Of a DNA stretch of 64,000 bases, positions 1 to 10,214 are shown piece after piece. The notes below the pieces were generated by a model. That model was not told the origin of the DNA, did not search any database, and saw only the letters and a program-made list of their open reading frames with translations. The DNA comes from an uncultured Nitrospiraceae bacterium (lineage in GTDB: Bacteria; Nitrospirota; Thermodesulfovibrionia; Thermodesulfovibrionales; SM23-35). The stretch covers positions 827,377 through 891,376 of the forward strand of contig CAVSHB010000002.1 of NCBI GenBank assembly GCA_963727775.1, given 5' to 3'. The stretch's first letter is position 1. Every line of letters begins with the position of its first letter. The translations under genes were made by a program, and so were the position numbers.

Positions 1-1402
1 TAATATCCCCGAGGAACAGTGATAGTCGTAACAATGCTCCCCGCACCTTTTCAGCCTTTGCATGAGGACTGGTAATAGTCAGAAAAGTCTGTCCCCCATG
101 TTTTGTCTGTTTCGCAACTGCGTGTAACAGCAACGGTCTGCTCGTTATTGCCTCATGATGTTTATTTGGATTGGCCAGGCGCACAAACAGCGACCACCAG
201 TTATATACAAGAGCTACCATGCGACTAATCATGCGGCATCGCTTCAAATCCTTTGTCGTATATCCGCCCCAGCCCCACTGATTCTTTAACTCGTCAAAGA
301 TATTTTCACTGTCTGCACGATCCCGGTAATGCTGTGCAATACTTGATACCTCATCAGAAAGAGAAGTCACCAGCACCGTGTACTCATACTTAGCCACTCC
401 CCCTTGTGTCTCGATGAAACTCATCTCCATTTGATCTTTCCCTTTTTTCTGCAAAAGAATATCCCCAGGTATAGGTCGGCGCAGCACGATCACCCGGCGA
501 CTACGGCTCCACCCAAATAACTTCAGCTCTGACTCCATTCCATAGTATCCGGCACCGGCTTTTACCCATTCTTCCATCTCAAACATTCTCTCGATCAATC
601 TTTTTACATTCTTCGTAATCCTCAGCTTTGTGACATAATGTATACTACGTTTTTCTGCCTCTGATAACACTCCCTCTACTCCAAACGCTATATCTCCACG
701 GATGAAGGCCGGCCGATTATCCCGGGGAATACTCTCTACCAATTCCCATAATCCAGCCGTGCTGTGACTCGATGCGGTCTCATTGCCCGCCTTCACTTCT
801 ACCTTTAACGCTAATCGTGTGTTTGCCATAAAATAACTGTGGTAACTGTGTGAGGGCCGCCCAGGTTTCTTAGGATTATATCCCACAACTGCCCCCTCTT
901 GTTTGCCATACAGACACTTTACCGTCGTGTCCGTATCAAGTATCCAGGAGGGGCCTGATACTGCCGATAATACAGGCATCGTGCAGCGTGCAAGCTCTGA
1001 TTCAAGCCATTGTATCCCAGTCCCTTCTTCTATCTGCAATAAGGCCCGACGCGCCGCATCTTCACTGATTATCTTATCCATCCCCAATAACTCGGGATTC
1101 ACTCCATCACTTCGTATCGCTGCGATATGTGCATATCGCTTATGTCCCGCAAGTATCGAAAGCATGAGAGTGCCTAACACGTTTCTCTTCTTCGGCGCAT
1201 TCGGGCTGCTATAGGAGAGGGGACACTCTTTTACAAAGGAATCAAACAACCCGCTGACTTTCAGAAATTCTATGAAAAATGGCAACTGCCCCAATGGGGT
1301 AACAGCTGCATCAGGGTCCCATTCTACGTGTATCTTCCCCGCATATGTATCAATTCCTACTGAGTTGCTCCTTGCTATCGCACGCCGTTTTGCCTCACCC
1401 AT
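1..1402 (-). CDS. IS1380-family DDE transposase, runs off the left edge of the window
   Basis: Not in the ORF track because it has no stop in the window. Manual translation from ATG 1402 gives MGEAKRRAIARSNSVGIDTYAGKIHVEWDPDAAVTPLGQLPFFIEFLKVSGLF...LAGHKRYAHIAAIRSDGVNPELLGM, typical of IS1380-type transposases. The same frame is open near base 1. Confidence 0.85.
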   Translation of the reverse strand, partial: MGEAKRRAIARSNSVGIDTYAGKIHVEWDPDAAVTPLGQLPFFIEFLKVSGLFDSFVKECPLSYSSPNAPKKRNVLGTLMLSILAGHKRYAHIAAIRSDGVNPELLGMDKIISEDAARRALLQIEEGTGIQWLESELARCTMPVLSAVSGPSWILDTDTTVKCLYGKQEGAVVGYNPKKPGRPSHSYHSYFMANTRLALKVEVKAGNETASSHSTAGLWELVESIPRDNRPAFIRGDIAFGVEGVLSEAEKRSIHYVTKLRITKNVKRLIERMFEMEEWVKAGAGYYGMESELKLFGWSRSRRVIVLRRPIPGDILLQKKGKDQMEMSFIETQGGVAKYEYTVLVTSLSDEVSSIAQHYRDRADSENIFDELKNQWGWGGYTTKDLKRCRMISRMVALVYNWWSLFVRLANPNKHHEAITSRPLLLHAVAKQTKHGGQTFLTITSPHAKAEKVRGALLRLSLFLGDI

Positions 1403-1561
1403 TAGGTGAACCCTCCTGCCACTCTTTTTCCGTTTATTATTGCATGCTTCGCCCCTTATGTGTATCCCGTACCGCTTTTTTTAGGTTAATAGAAGTGGCA
1501 GCCAGTCTATTAGGGGGGAGACTGGCTGCCAGGCAAATGAGGCAATTCAAAGATTATGGGG
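1..1561 (-). mobile_element. IS1380-family insertion sequence (partial)
   Basis: Transposase above. The probable end is ...GAGGCAATTCAAAGATTATGGGG followed by TTAA at about 1561. The other end is outside the window, so the boundary is unverified. Confidence 0.6.
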
Positions 1562-1651
1562 TTAAACCATCTTTGCCTCTGGACTCCAAAAAATATCTGT
1601 TATTTCGATAGCATAGTCTTCAGTTTGCAAATTCTTAAGAAGATTCCATCT

Positions 1652-2197
1652 TCAATGGTGCACATGCCCTTTTTCCGGCTTCACCCGCTCTTTTTGTTCG
1701 CAAGATGGATACATTCCCATCCCATCGTGTTCCCATCTCCCGTGTTTCTTTAAATTTCTTTTAAATTTCTTTTTTTGTTCGGGCGTCAATTGCGACTTGA
1801 CCTCCTCAATCGCTTTTATGCGCGATAAGCGTATATCTGTAACTATCGCGGCTATCTGATTCAACTTTGTCTCAACTCCATTCATATCCACCGGATCTTT
1901 ATGAAGGATTTCCTTCAATTCTACTCTGGCAATCTGGAGATCAGCCCTTTTCCTGATAGTATCCTTCCTCACCTTACTTTCGATCTCCTTTATCGCGTCT
2001 TCTTGTTTTTCATTAAGGTCGAGTCCTTTGAACTGCCTCCATATATGGGTCTCAGCCCACATCATCCTTCCCATGTCCCGGTGTTTCATTCCTGCCTTCA
2101 TGGGCATCCCATCTCCGCACATCTCAGCAAACGAATTCTGTGATGCAAAGACCAAGAACAGAAAACCCAAACACAAACTGCTTAAGATCCTTTTCAT
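1652..2197 (-). CDS. Spy/CpxP-like periplasmic chaperone or heavy-metal-binding protein
   Basis: Signal peptide, Met/Gly-rich N-terminus, LDLNEKQ and LTPEQ (LTXXQ) motifs, His-rich C-terminus. Confidence 0.8.
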   Translation of the reverse strand: MKRILSSLCLGFLFLVFASQNSFAEMCGDGMPMKAGMKHRDMGRMMWAETHIWRQFKGLDLNEKQEDAIKEIESKVRKDTIRKRADLQIARVELKEILHKDPVDMNGVETKLNQIAAIVTDIRLSRIKAIEEVKSQLTPEQKKKFKRNLKKHGRWEHDGMGMYPSCEQKERVKPEKGHVHH

Positions 2198-2473
2198 ATA
2201 AACCTCCTTTCATTTTTCCCGGAATTCCGGATAAATCTTAGGTGTGCCTACCTCTTAGGCTCCTTCTTTAATTTAAAGACGATGAGTACAGGAGGATGGT
2301 TACATCCCCAAATGATGCGCAAGGCAGCAGAGGACCACGCGGTGGTCGCTCACGAGGGTTTTACAAATTATATAGGAGATGTTGTATTATATGAATCTGA
2401 GGATGAGGGAAAATTAAGGTGAAAAGTATCCTAAATAATACAGGCTCATCTATGTCCTTTTAAGGCCGGTTCC

Positions 2474-3847
2474 ATGGGTGAAGAAACGGGAATAACACCG
2501 ATGTCATACCGGGCATGGTTTCAGTGTATCAACGACGAGTGCAGGGCTAACTATCCTCTCAATTCGATTATTTATCGTTGTGAGACTTGCGGCTCGCTGC
2601 TGGAAGTGCGGCACGACCTCCAGGCCCTTGCGCAACGCGACTCCAAGGCATGGATGAAGCTGTTTGAGGACCGCTACAAATCCAATGAGTGGCCCTTCGG
2701 CTCCGGCGTATGGGGGAAAAAGGAATGGGTCCTGCCGCAGATCGCGAACGAAAACATAGTCTCATTGTACGAGGGCGGCACCAACCTTTTCTGGGCGGAG
2801 AGGTTCGGCAAAATACTTGGTCTGGAGGACCTCTGGGTCAAGCTCTGCGGCAACTCCCACAGCGGCTCGTTTAAGGACCTCGGCATGACAGTGCTGGTAT
2901 CTCAGGTCAAACAGATGATAAGCGAAGGCGCGCCGATACAGGCCGTTGCCTGCGCGTCCACAGGAGACACCTCCGCCGCTTTGGCTGTTTACTGCGCTGC
3001 TGCCGGCATTCAGTCTGTTGTATTACTCCCGAAGGGTAAGATCTCGATCGCGCAGCTCGTCCAGCCGATCGCCAATGGCTCATTGGTATTATCGCTGGAC
3101 ACCGACTTCGACGGCTGCATGCGGGTCGTCCAGGAAATTACTAAGGATGAGACGATCTACCTGGCGAATTCGATGAACTCTTTACGCATTGAAGGACAGA
3201 AGACCGTCGGCGTTGAGATCGTCCAGCAGTTTGACTGGGAGACCCCTGACGTGATCATTATCCCCGGCGGTAACCTCGGGAATGTTTCTGCGCTCGGCAA
3301 CGGCATGCTTATGATGCGTGATCTCGGTTTAATAACCAGGCTGCCGCGCATCGTTGTCGCCCAGGCCGAGCGGGCTAATCCGCTGTACCGTTCATACCTG
3401 AATAACTTCGAGACCTTCGAGCCGATGGAGGCACAGAAGACACTGGCCAGCGCAATACAGATCGGCAATCCGGTCAGCATAAAGAAGGCCATCCGCACGC
3501 TGAAGCAGTTCAGCGGCATTGTCGAGCAGGCAACGGAACAGGAACTGGCCGATGCCGCTGCGCTCGGCGACACCGCCGGTATGTTTAATTGTCCTCACAC
3601 CGGAGTCGCCCTGGCAGCTTTGATCAAACTGCTTAAGGCAGGCAAGATTGACAAGTCCGAACGCGTTGTGGTCATTTCGACGGCGCACGGGCTGAAGTTC
3701 ACCGACTTCAAGGTCCGCTACCACGAAGAGGCCCTGGAATTCACGTGCCGCTTCGCCAATAAACCGATCGAGCTGCCGCCCCGCGTGGATGCGGTCAAGG
3801 AAGCTCTCCGGCAAGCTCTGCAGCAAAGGAGAAATACTAATGTCTAA
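2474..3847 (+). CDS. thrC: Threonine synthase (PLP-dependent)
   Basis: [12 protein letters not shown] lysine, [24 protein letters not shown] motifs; start may be 2501. Confidence 0.92.
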   Translation: MGEETGITPMSYRAWFQCINDECRANYPLNSIIYRCETCGSLLEVRHDLQALAQRDSKAWMKLFEDRYKSNEWPFGSGVWGKKEWVLPQIANENIVSLYEGGTNLFWAERFGKILGLEDLWVKLCGNSHSGSFKDLGMTVLVSQVKQMISEGAPIQAVACASTGDTSAALAVYCAAAGIQSVVLLPKGKISIAQLVQPIANGSLVLSLDTDFDGCMRVVQEITKDETIYLANSMNSLRIEGQKTVGVEIVQQFDWETPDVIIIPGGNLGNVSALGNGMLMMRDLGLITRLPRIVVAQAERANPLYRSYLNNFETFEPMEAQKTLASAIQIGNPVSIKKAIRTLKQFSGIVEQATEQELADAAALGDTAGMFNCPHTGVALAALIKLLKAGKIDKSERVVVISTAHGLKFTDFKVRYHEEALEFTCRFANKPIELPPRVDAVKEALRQALQQRRNTNV

Positions 3848-5048
3848 AAAATCATCAAGCGCGAGGAATTGGAAACCTGCTACACTCGCAATTCACGGCT
3901 TAGGCCGTACCCCTAAAGCTCATTACGCGGTCTCAACGCCGATTGTACAGACCTCCAACTACTACTTCGATTCCACGGCCCAGGTGCTGGAGTTTATGAA
4001 GGCCAAGAGCAAGGGACGGGTGGTACGTGAACACGAATACGGCCGCTACGGAAACCCGACACAGCAGGAATGCGAAAGGAAACTGGCGGCTATCGAGGGC
4101 GCTGAGCGGGCACTGCTTTTCTCTACCGGCATGAGCGCGGTGATCCTGACTATATTGGCATACATGCGGCGCGACGGCCACATCATATTCACCAACGACT
4201 GCTACCGCCAGACGCGCGATTTTGCGACGAACATGCTGTCCGAGTTCGGGATACAGGTCTCTTTGGTAGACCCGAATGCCGGGGCCATCGCCGAAGCGAT
4301 CCGGCCCAATACCAACATCATCTTTACAGAATCACCGACCAATCCATACCTGCGTGTGATGGACATCCCCGCGGTTGTAAAAGTCGCAAAGAAGCACGGC
4401 GCGATGACCATCATTGACGCTACCATGGCCACGCCGTACAACATCAAGCCGATAGAATTGGGTGTGGACATCGTTGTGCACTCCGCCACCAAGTATCTCG
4501 GCGGCCACAACGACTTATTGGCCGGAGTTGCCCTCGGCGGGCACAACATGCTGAACAGCCTTAACCGTATACAGCGGATGATCGGCGCAACCCCCGGACC
4601 GTTCACCTGCTTTCTGCTCGAAAGGGGACTGAAGAGCTTTGCGCTCCGCATGGAGCAGCATAACCGGGCGGGATTGGCCATAGCCCGCATGCTGGAGTCC
4701 CACCCGAAGATTTCAAAGATCTGGTACCCCGGGTTGAAGTCGCACCCGGACCACCGTACCGCCGCAAAACAAATGCGCGGCTTCGGCAGTGTGATCACCT
4801 TCCTGGTCAAAGGCGGCGACAGGGAAACGCGCAGGTTTATAGATTCGCTGGAGCTTTTCCTTATTACGCCCAGCCTTGGAGGAACGGAAAGCCTGGTGAC
4901 GCAGATGGCGCCGATGTCGTTCTTTGATTACCCCGAGGAATACCGCCGATCTATCGGCATGGTGGACAACCTGGTCCGCATCGCGCTGGGGCTGGAAGAT
5001 GTGGACGACTTAATCGCCGACCTGAAGCACGCGCTGGATAAGATATGA
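3840..5048 (+). CDS. metB: Cystathionine gamma-synthase-like trans-sulfuration enzyme
   Basis: [35 protein letters not shown] motifs. ATG 3840 overlaps the end of thrC; the ORF-track start at 3789 is probably too early. Confidence 0.8.
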   Translation: MSKKSSSARNWKPATLAIHGLGRTPKAHYAVSTPIVQTSNYYFDSTAQVLEFMKAKSKGRVVREHEYGRYGNPTQQECERKLAAIEGAERALLFSTGMSAVILTILAYMRRDGHIIFTNDCYRQTRDFATNMLSEFGIQVSLVDPNAGAIAEAIRPNTNIIFTESPTNPYLRVMDIPAVVKVAKKHGAMTIIDATMATPYNIKPIELGVDIVVHSATKYLGGHNDLLAGVALGGHNMLNSLNRIQRMIGATPGPFTCFLLERGLKSFALRMEQHNRAGLAIARMLESHPKISKIWYPGLKSHPDHRTAAKQMRGFGSVITFLVKGGDRETRRFIDSLELFLITPSLGGTESLVTQMAPMSFFDYPEEYRRSIGMVDNLVRIALGLEDVDDLIADLKHALDKI

Positions 5049-5114
5049 ACCGGCCTTCACTGTTTATCTGAATTCGTCGTTTGATCTTAACCCTTTAGTG
5101 GAGCGTGGTGAAAT

Positions 5115-5193
5115 CATAACCCCTCCTTACCTCCCCTTATCTTAAGGGGAGGAAGAACCCCCTCTTAAGGTAAGAGGGGCTTGGGGAGTTATG
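5115..5193. repeat. Palindromic REP-like repeat, copy A
   Basis: CATAACCCCTCCTTACCTCCCCTTATCTTAAGGGGAGG...CCCCTCTTAAGGTAAGAGGGG...GGGGAGTTATG with two internal hairpins; resembles the reverse complement of 14644-14725. Confidence 0.8.
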
Positions 5194-5236
5194 TTCCCCG
5201 GTCTACTGAAGCCTTACGTTGACCCCCTCTTTTTTA

Positions 5237-5294
5237 TTGACATAAGATATTTGTTTATTTATACTGAACATAGGTTCACGTGAACAAGCGTTCA
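5237..5294 (+). promoter_or_regulatory. Sigma70 promoter with two probable TetR operator palindromes
   Basis: TTGACA (5237)-17 bp-TATACT (5260); TGAAC-N4-GTTCA at 5265-5278 and 5281-5294. Confidence 0.75.
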
Positions 5295-5864
5295 AGCATA
5301 GAGTCGAGAAAAAGAATTATTCATGCCGCTATGAATGTCTTCTCCAGGCACGGATACGCAAAGGCGAATATCCGGGAGATTGCGAAGAGGGCGGGAATAA
5401 GCGTGGGCGGTGTCTATCTGCACTTTAAGAACAAAGAGGACCTTTATCGGAGCCTTATCAACGAGGGCAGGAGGGATATGGGCGAAAGGATCGAGGCGGC
5501 GGTTGAGCAGACCCAATCCGCCACTCAAGCTCTATCGAATTTCTTCAAACTCTATTTTGAGTATGCGGTGAGCCATAAGGAATTTATCCTTCTTCATATC
5601 AGAGAACATGGATTTACCTTCGGTATGGATGAGAAAAGACAGTTTTTCAGCAAACAGAGGAAATTGGTAGAGCGGATCATTCGGAGAGGTATCCGCTCGG
5701 ATGAATTCAGAAAATGCAACTCCGGGGACATGGCAAAGGTCATCATGGGTTCGCTGAGAGGCATTACACTCTCGGTGGCAGTGGATGACGATGTGATTAT
5801 TACCCCTGGGATGATTAATGAATTTATATTGGAAGGCCTGCGGAAAAAGGACAGCAATAAATAA
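5280..5864 (+). CDS. TetR/AcrR family transcriptional regulator
   Basis: N-terminal HTH (IREIAKRAGISVGGVYLHFKNKEDL); upstream of efflux operon. Confidence 0.93.
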   Translation: MNKRSSIESRKRIIHAAMNVFSRHGYAKANIREIAKRAGISVGGVYLHFKNKEDLYRSLINEGRRDMGERIEAAVEQTQSATQALSNFFKLYFEYAVSHKEFILLHIREHGFTFGMDEKRQFFSKQRKLVERIIRRGIRSDEFRKCNSGDMAKVIMGSLRGITLSVAVDDDVIITPGMINEFILEGLRKKDSNK

Positions 5865-5921
5865 TTGCATAATTGACGAATTTGTAAAAAGGCAATATTT
5901 GCCGCAGAGTACACAGAGAAC

Positions 5922-7091
5922 ATGGAGCGCGATGATCAGGAGAGAGTCATGGAAAAAAAGCTGTTAAGGTCTATCAAAACTGAAGCCGTGTTTATTTGTT
6001 CCATCTTAAGTATTTTATTTATAACATTTCTTCCGGCCTGCTCTAAGAAACCTGAGCCTCCTCCAAAGCCGCCCGTGTCAGTGACAGCAGGCGTGGTCGT
6101 TCAGAAGACAGTGCCTGTGCAGATACGCGTAATCGGCAATGTTGAACCCTATTCTACCGTATCGGTGAAATCCCAGATCGGCGGGATACTCATGAGAGTG
6201 CATTTCAAAGAAGGGCAGGACGTAAACAATGGTGCGCTTCTGTTCACTATCGATCCCCGCCCTTATGAAGCTGCGCTCAAACAAGCTGAGGCAAACCTTT
6301 CTAAAGACAGCGCTCAGCTCGAAAATGCACAGGAAGAGGTCCGGCGTTATGCCGAGCTTGTGAAAAAAGGTTATGTTGCTCAGGAGCAATATGATCAGAT
6401 ACAGACGAATGCGGCTTCCTACGAAGCAACGGTAAACGCCGATAAGGCGGTCGTAGATAATTCACGTCTTCAGCTGAAATATTGTTATATTTATTCTCCT
6501 CTGACAGGGAGGACAGGAAATCTCTTCTCAAACGAGGGAAATCTTATTAAGGCCAATGCGGACAATCCAATGGTGGTAGTGAATCAGATCCAACCCATTT
6601 ACGTGACTTTTTCCGTTGCAGAGCAATATCTCTCAGATATTAAGAAATATATGGCGGGTGGAAAAGTGACGGTTAATGCCTTTATTACAAAAGGCGATGA
6701 CAATCCGGAAGAGGGATTGTTGACATTTGTGGACAATACGGTCGACGTTTCAACCGGAACAATCAAGTTGAAAGCCACTTTTGCCAATAAGAAAAAACGG
6801 CTCTGGCCCGGCCAATTCGTTGATGTTGTTATGACATTGACGACGCAGCCCAACGCGATAGTCGTTCCCACGCAGGCGATTCAGGCGGGCCAGAAAGGTC
6901 AGTATGTTTTTGTCATAAAGAAAGATCTCACAGTTGAAGATCGCCCCGTGGTTGTCGGCAGAGTTATCAATGGCGAAACGGTCATCGAAAACGGCCTGCA
7001 AGCGGGAGAAAAGGTCATTACGGACGGTCAGCTCCGTCTTATTCCCGGTGCTAAGGTGCAGATCAAAGACAGGGCCGAGGGCGCAAAGTAA
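5922..7091 (+). CDS. RND efflux periplasmic adaptor (MdtA-like)
   Basis: Lipoprotein-like N-terminus, FKEGQDV..G.LLFTIDP, LWPGQFV motifs; start may be 5949. Confidence 0.9.
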   Translation: MERDDQERVMEKKLLRSIKTEAVFICSILSILFITFLPACSKKPEPPPKPPVSVTAGVVVQKTVPVQIRVIGNVEPYSTVSVKSQIGGILMRVHFKEGQDVNNGALLFTIDPRPYEAALKQAEANLSKDSAQLENAQEEVRRYAELVKKGYVAQEQYDQIQTNAASYEATVNADKAVVDNSRLQLKYCYIYSPLTGRTGNLFSNEGNLIKANADNPMVVVNQIQPIYVTFSVAEQYLSDIKKYMAGGKVTVNAFITKGDDNPEEGLLTFVDNTVDVSTGTIKLKATFANKKKRLWPGQFVDVVMTLTTQPNAIVVPTQAIQAGQKGQYVFVIKKDLTVEDRPVVVGRVINGETVIENGLQAGEKVITDGQLRLIPGAKVQIKDRAEGAK

Positions 7092-10000
7092 TGAACGTCC
7101 CGGAACTTTTCATCCGAAGACCCATAATGACCACGCTGGTCATGGTCTCAATCCTTGTCTTCGGTCTTGCCGCTTACAGACTCCTCCCGGTAAGCGACCT
7201 CCCTAATGTGGATTTTCCCACTATTCAGGTGACAGCCAGCCTGCCCGGGGCCAGTCCGGAGACGATGGCCTCCGCAGTGGCGACCCCTCTGGAGCGGCAG
7301 TTTTCGACCATCGCCGGCCTCGACTCGATGACATCAACAAACGCCCTTGGAAATTCCCAGATTACTTTGCAGTTTAATCTCAGCAGAAACATTGACGCAG
7401 CAGGTCAGGACGTTCAGGCAATGATCGCGAAGGCATCGAAGCAGCTCCCTCAGAACATGCCGGTGCCTCCGACCTACAATAAGGTAAATCCGGCCGATCA
7501 GCCTGTCATTTACCTCGCTCTCGGCTCTCCTACGCTTCCGATTTATAGCGTATACGAATATGCCGATACCTTCATTGCCCAGCGTATCTCCATGATAAGC
7601 GGCGTTGCCCAGGTGCAGGTCTTCGGTTCGCAGAAATACGCAGTCCGCGCACAACTCGATCCCAGGGCATTGGCAGCCAAGAAGATAGGTATTGACGACG
7701 TTGGAAACGCGCTCGCGTTGGGAAATGTGAATCTTCCGACAGGGACCCTGCAGGGCCAAAAACAGTCGTTCACAATTCAGGCTTCAGGGCAGCTTTACAA
7801 TGCCGAATCCTATCGGCCCTTAATTGTCGCATACCGTGGCGGATCACCGGTCCGTCTCGACGAAATAGGCACGGTCATCGATAACGTGGAAAACAATATG
7901 GTGGCCAACTGGTACAATAATGAACGGGCGGTCGTTCTTGCAATACAACGCCAGCCGGGCACTAACACCGTTGAAGTAGTGGATAGCATTAAGAAACTCC
8001 TTCCGGTCTTCAGGGCCCAGATACCGCCCGCAGTCAAACTGGAAGTCCTCTATGACCGGTCCGTATCTATTCGCGAGTCGGTCCGCGATGTTAAATTCAC
8101 TCTTTTACTCGCTCTGTCCCTGGTAGTGCTGGTCATTTTTCTTTTCCTTCGTAATCTCTCCGCAACGCTTATTCCGAGTCTCGCGCTGCCTTTTTCCATT
8201 ATCGGCACCTTCGCCGCCATATACGTTATGGGCTTCAGCGTTGACAACATCTCCCTAATGGCCCTGACGCTATCGGTGGGCTTTGTAGTAGACGATGCCA
8301 TAGTCATGCTCGAAAATATCATGCGACATGTAGAAAAAGGCGAAAGCGTCTTCGAGGCTGCCCTTGCCGGCTCAAGAGAAATCGGATTTACCATATTATC
8401 AATGACCCTTTCCCTCGTTGCTGTCTTCATTCCCGTGCTCTTCATGGGCGGCATTCTCGGACGCATTCTCCACGAGTTTGCGGTGACAATCAGCATGGCG
8501 ATCCTGATATCCGGATTTGTGTCTCTGACGCTCACTCCCATGCTCTGTAGCCGTTTCATACGGCCTGCGGGCACGGCAAGGCACGGTCGCCTTTATCTCA
8601 TGATGGAGAAATTCTTCGACGGCATGCTGCACACATATGAAAGGACTCTTAAGTTTGTACTTCACTATCGCCGGACTACTCTCGCAATTACAATCCTGCT
8701 CACTATAGCAACGGGCTATTTGTTCACAAAGATACCCATGGGATTTCTGCCGTCCGAAGACACCGGCCAGATATTTGCGTTTACCGAGGCGGCCCAGGGT
8801 ATTTCCTTCGACGATATGGTGAAGCACCAGAAAGAACTGGCCGCCATAGTTTCCAAGGACCCTAATATCGATGCCTTTATGTCAGCCGTCGGCGCAAGCG
8901 GGCTGAGCGTTGCGAACAATGTCGGAAGAATGTTCATGCGCCTTAAACCCCGAAACGAACGGAAGCTGAGCGCTGACGAGATCATACAGGAACTCAGACC
9001 AAAGGTCTCGCAGGTGCCGGGCATTATGATGTTCATGCAGAATCTTCCCTCTATCCGGATCGGCGGCACGCTGACAAAGAGCCAGTACCAGTTCACTTTG
9101 CAGAGCCCGGATACAGGAGAACTCTATCGGTCGGCCATTGAGCTGGAGAGCAAGCTGAAGGCGCTGCCTGAACTTCAGGATGTGACCAGCGACCTCCAGA
9201 TTCAGAATCCACAGGTAAATATCGACATTAACCGCGATAAGGCATCGGCCCTCGGCATAACCGCGTCGCAGATTGAAGATGCTCTTTACTATGCCTACGG
9301 CTCCCGTCAGGTCTCGACGATCTATGCGCCGAACAACCAGTATCAGGTAATCCTCGAACTGGAGCCCAGGTACCAGACGGACCCTTCGGCCCTCTCAATG
9401 TTGTATATACACTCGAACACCGGCCAACTCGTGCCCTTGAACACTTTAGCGACCCTCACGCGAAATGTCGGTCCATTAACCGTCAACCACCTCGGCCAGC
9501 TCCCCGCGGTTACCATCTCCTTTAACCTGAAGCCGCGTATCGCACTGGGAGACGCCGTGAAGATGGTAGATAAACTTTCGCATGCAACTTTGCCGCAGAC
9601 TGTCAGCACGAGCTTCCAGGGGACCGCCCAGGCGTTTCAGTCTTCGATGAAAGGTCTCTGGATTCTGCTGATAATGGCACTCCTTGTCATTTACATCGTA
9701 TTGGGAATTCTCTATGAGAGCTTTATCCATCCTCTGACGATTCTTTCAGGACTGCCCGCCGCCGGGTTCGGGGCTTTGGTAACCCTCATGATCTTCCACA
9801 AGGATCTCAATATTTATGCCTTTGTCGGGGTCATCATGCTTCTGGGGATAGTCAAAAAGAACGCCATCATGATGATCGACTTTGCACTGGAAGCCCAACG
9901 GAAACAAGGGAAAGCCCCGATGGATGCGATTTATGAGGGCGCTATGGTACGTTTCCGTCCGATCATGATGACCACTATGGCGGCGCTTATGGGGACGTTG

Positions 10001-10213
10001 CCCATTGCTATCGGTTTCGGCGCCGGGGCCGAAGCCCGTCGTCCGCTGGGTTTGGCCGTTGTGGGCGGCCTTGTCGTTTCCCAGCTCCTGACGCTTTATA
10101 TAACCCCGGTGGTATTTTATTATATGGACAAGCTCCAGGAAAAGGTTGTCGCCTTTCGCAAACGCAGAGATAATAAAGGATCTGAGCTCACAAAGGGATA
10201 TATAGGAGGTTAG
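7091..10213 (+). CDS. RND efflux permease (AcrB/MdtB/MdtC family)
   Basis: 1040 aa; FIRRPI start, GFVVDDAIV, GIVKKNAIM, RFRPIMMT motifs. Confidence 0.95.
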   Translation: MNVPELFIRRPIMTTLVMVSILVFGLAAYRLLPVSDLPNVDFPTIQVTASLPGASPETMASAVATPLERQFSTIAGLDSMTSTNALGNSQITLQFNLSRNIDAAGQDVQAMIAKASKQLPQNMPVPPTYNKVNPADQPVIYLALGSPTLPIYSVYEYADTFIAQRISMISGVAQVQVFGSQKYAVRAQLDPRALAAKKIGIDDVGNALALGNVNLPTGTLQGQKQSFTIQASGQLYNAESYRPLIVAYRGGSPVRLDEIGTVIDNVENNMVANWYNNERAVVLAIQRQPGTNTVEVVDSIKKLLPVFRAQIPPAVKLEVLYDRSVSIRESVRDVKFTLLLALSLVVLVIFLFLRNLSATLIPSLALPFSIIGTFAAIYVMGFSVDNISLMALTLSVGFVVDDAIVMLENIMRHVEKGESVFEAALAGSREIGFTILSMTLSLVAVFIPVLFMGGILGRILHEFAVTISMAILISGFVSLTLTPMLCSRFIRPAGTARHGRLYLMMEKFFDGMLHTYERTLKFVLHYRRTTLAITILLTIATGYLFTKIPMGFLPSEDTGQIFAFTEAAQGISFDDMVKHQKELAAIVSKDPNIDAFMSAVGASGLSVANNVGRMFMRLKPRNERKLSADEIIQELRPKVSQVPGIMMFMQNLPSIRIGGTLTKSQYQFTLQSPDTGELYRSAIELESKLKALPELQDVTSDLQIQNPQVNIDINRDKASALGITASQIEDALYYAYGSRQVSTIYAPNNQYQVILELEPRYQTDPSALSMLYIHSNTGQLVPLNTLATLTRNVGPLTVNHLGQLPAVTISFNLKPRIALGDAVKMVDKLSHATLPQTVSTSFQGTAQAFQSSMKGLWILLIMALLVIYIVLGILYESFIHPLTILSGLPAAGFGALVTLMIFHKDLNIYAFVGVIMLLGIVKKNAIMMIDFALEAQRKQGKAPMDAIYEGAMVRFRPIMMTTMAALMGTLPIAIGFGAGAEARRPLGLAVVGGLVVSQLLTLYITPVVFYYMDKLQEKVVAFRKRRDNKGSELTKGYIGG

Positions 10214-10214
10214 A

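Noticed and set aside
903..1753. Short + strand ORFs in the ORF track
   Set aside because: Antisense shadows of the IS1380 transposase and its end. Most other short overlapping ORFs in the track were dismissed for the same reason.
2200..2473. SAM riboswitch or T-box upstream of thrC
   Set aside because: No recognisable conserved motifs by eye; an Rfam scan would be needed.
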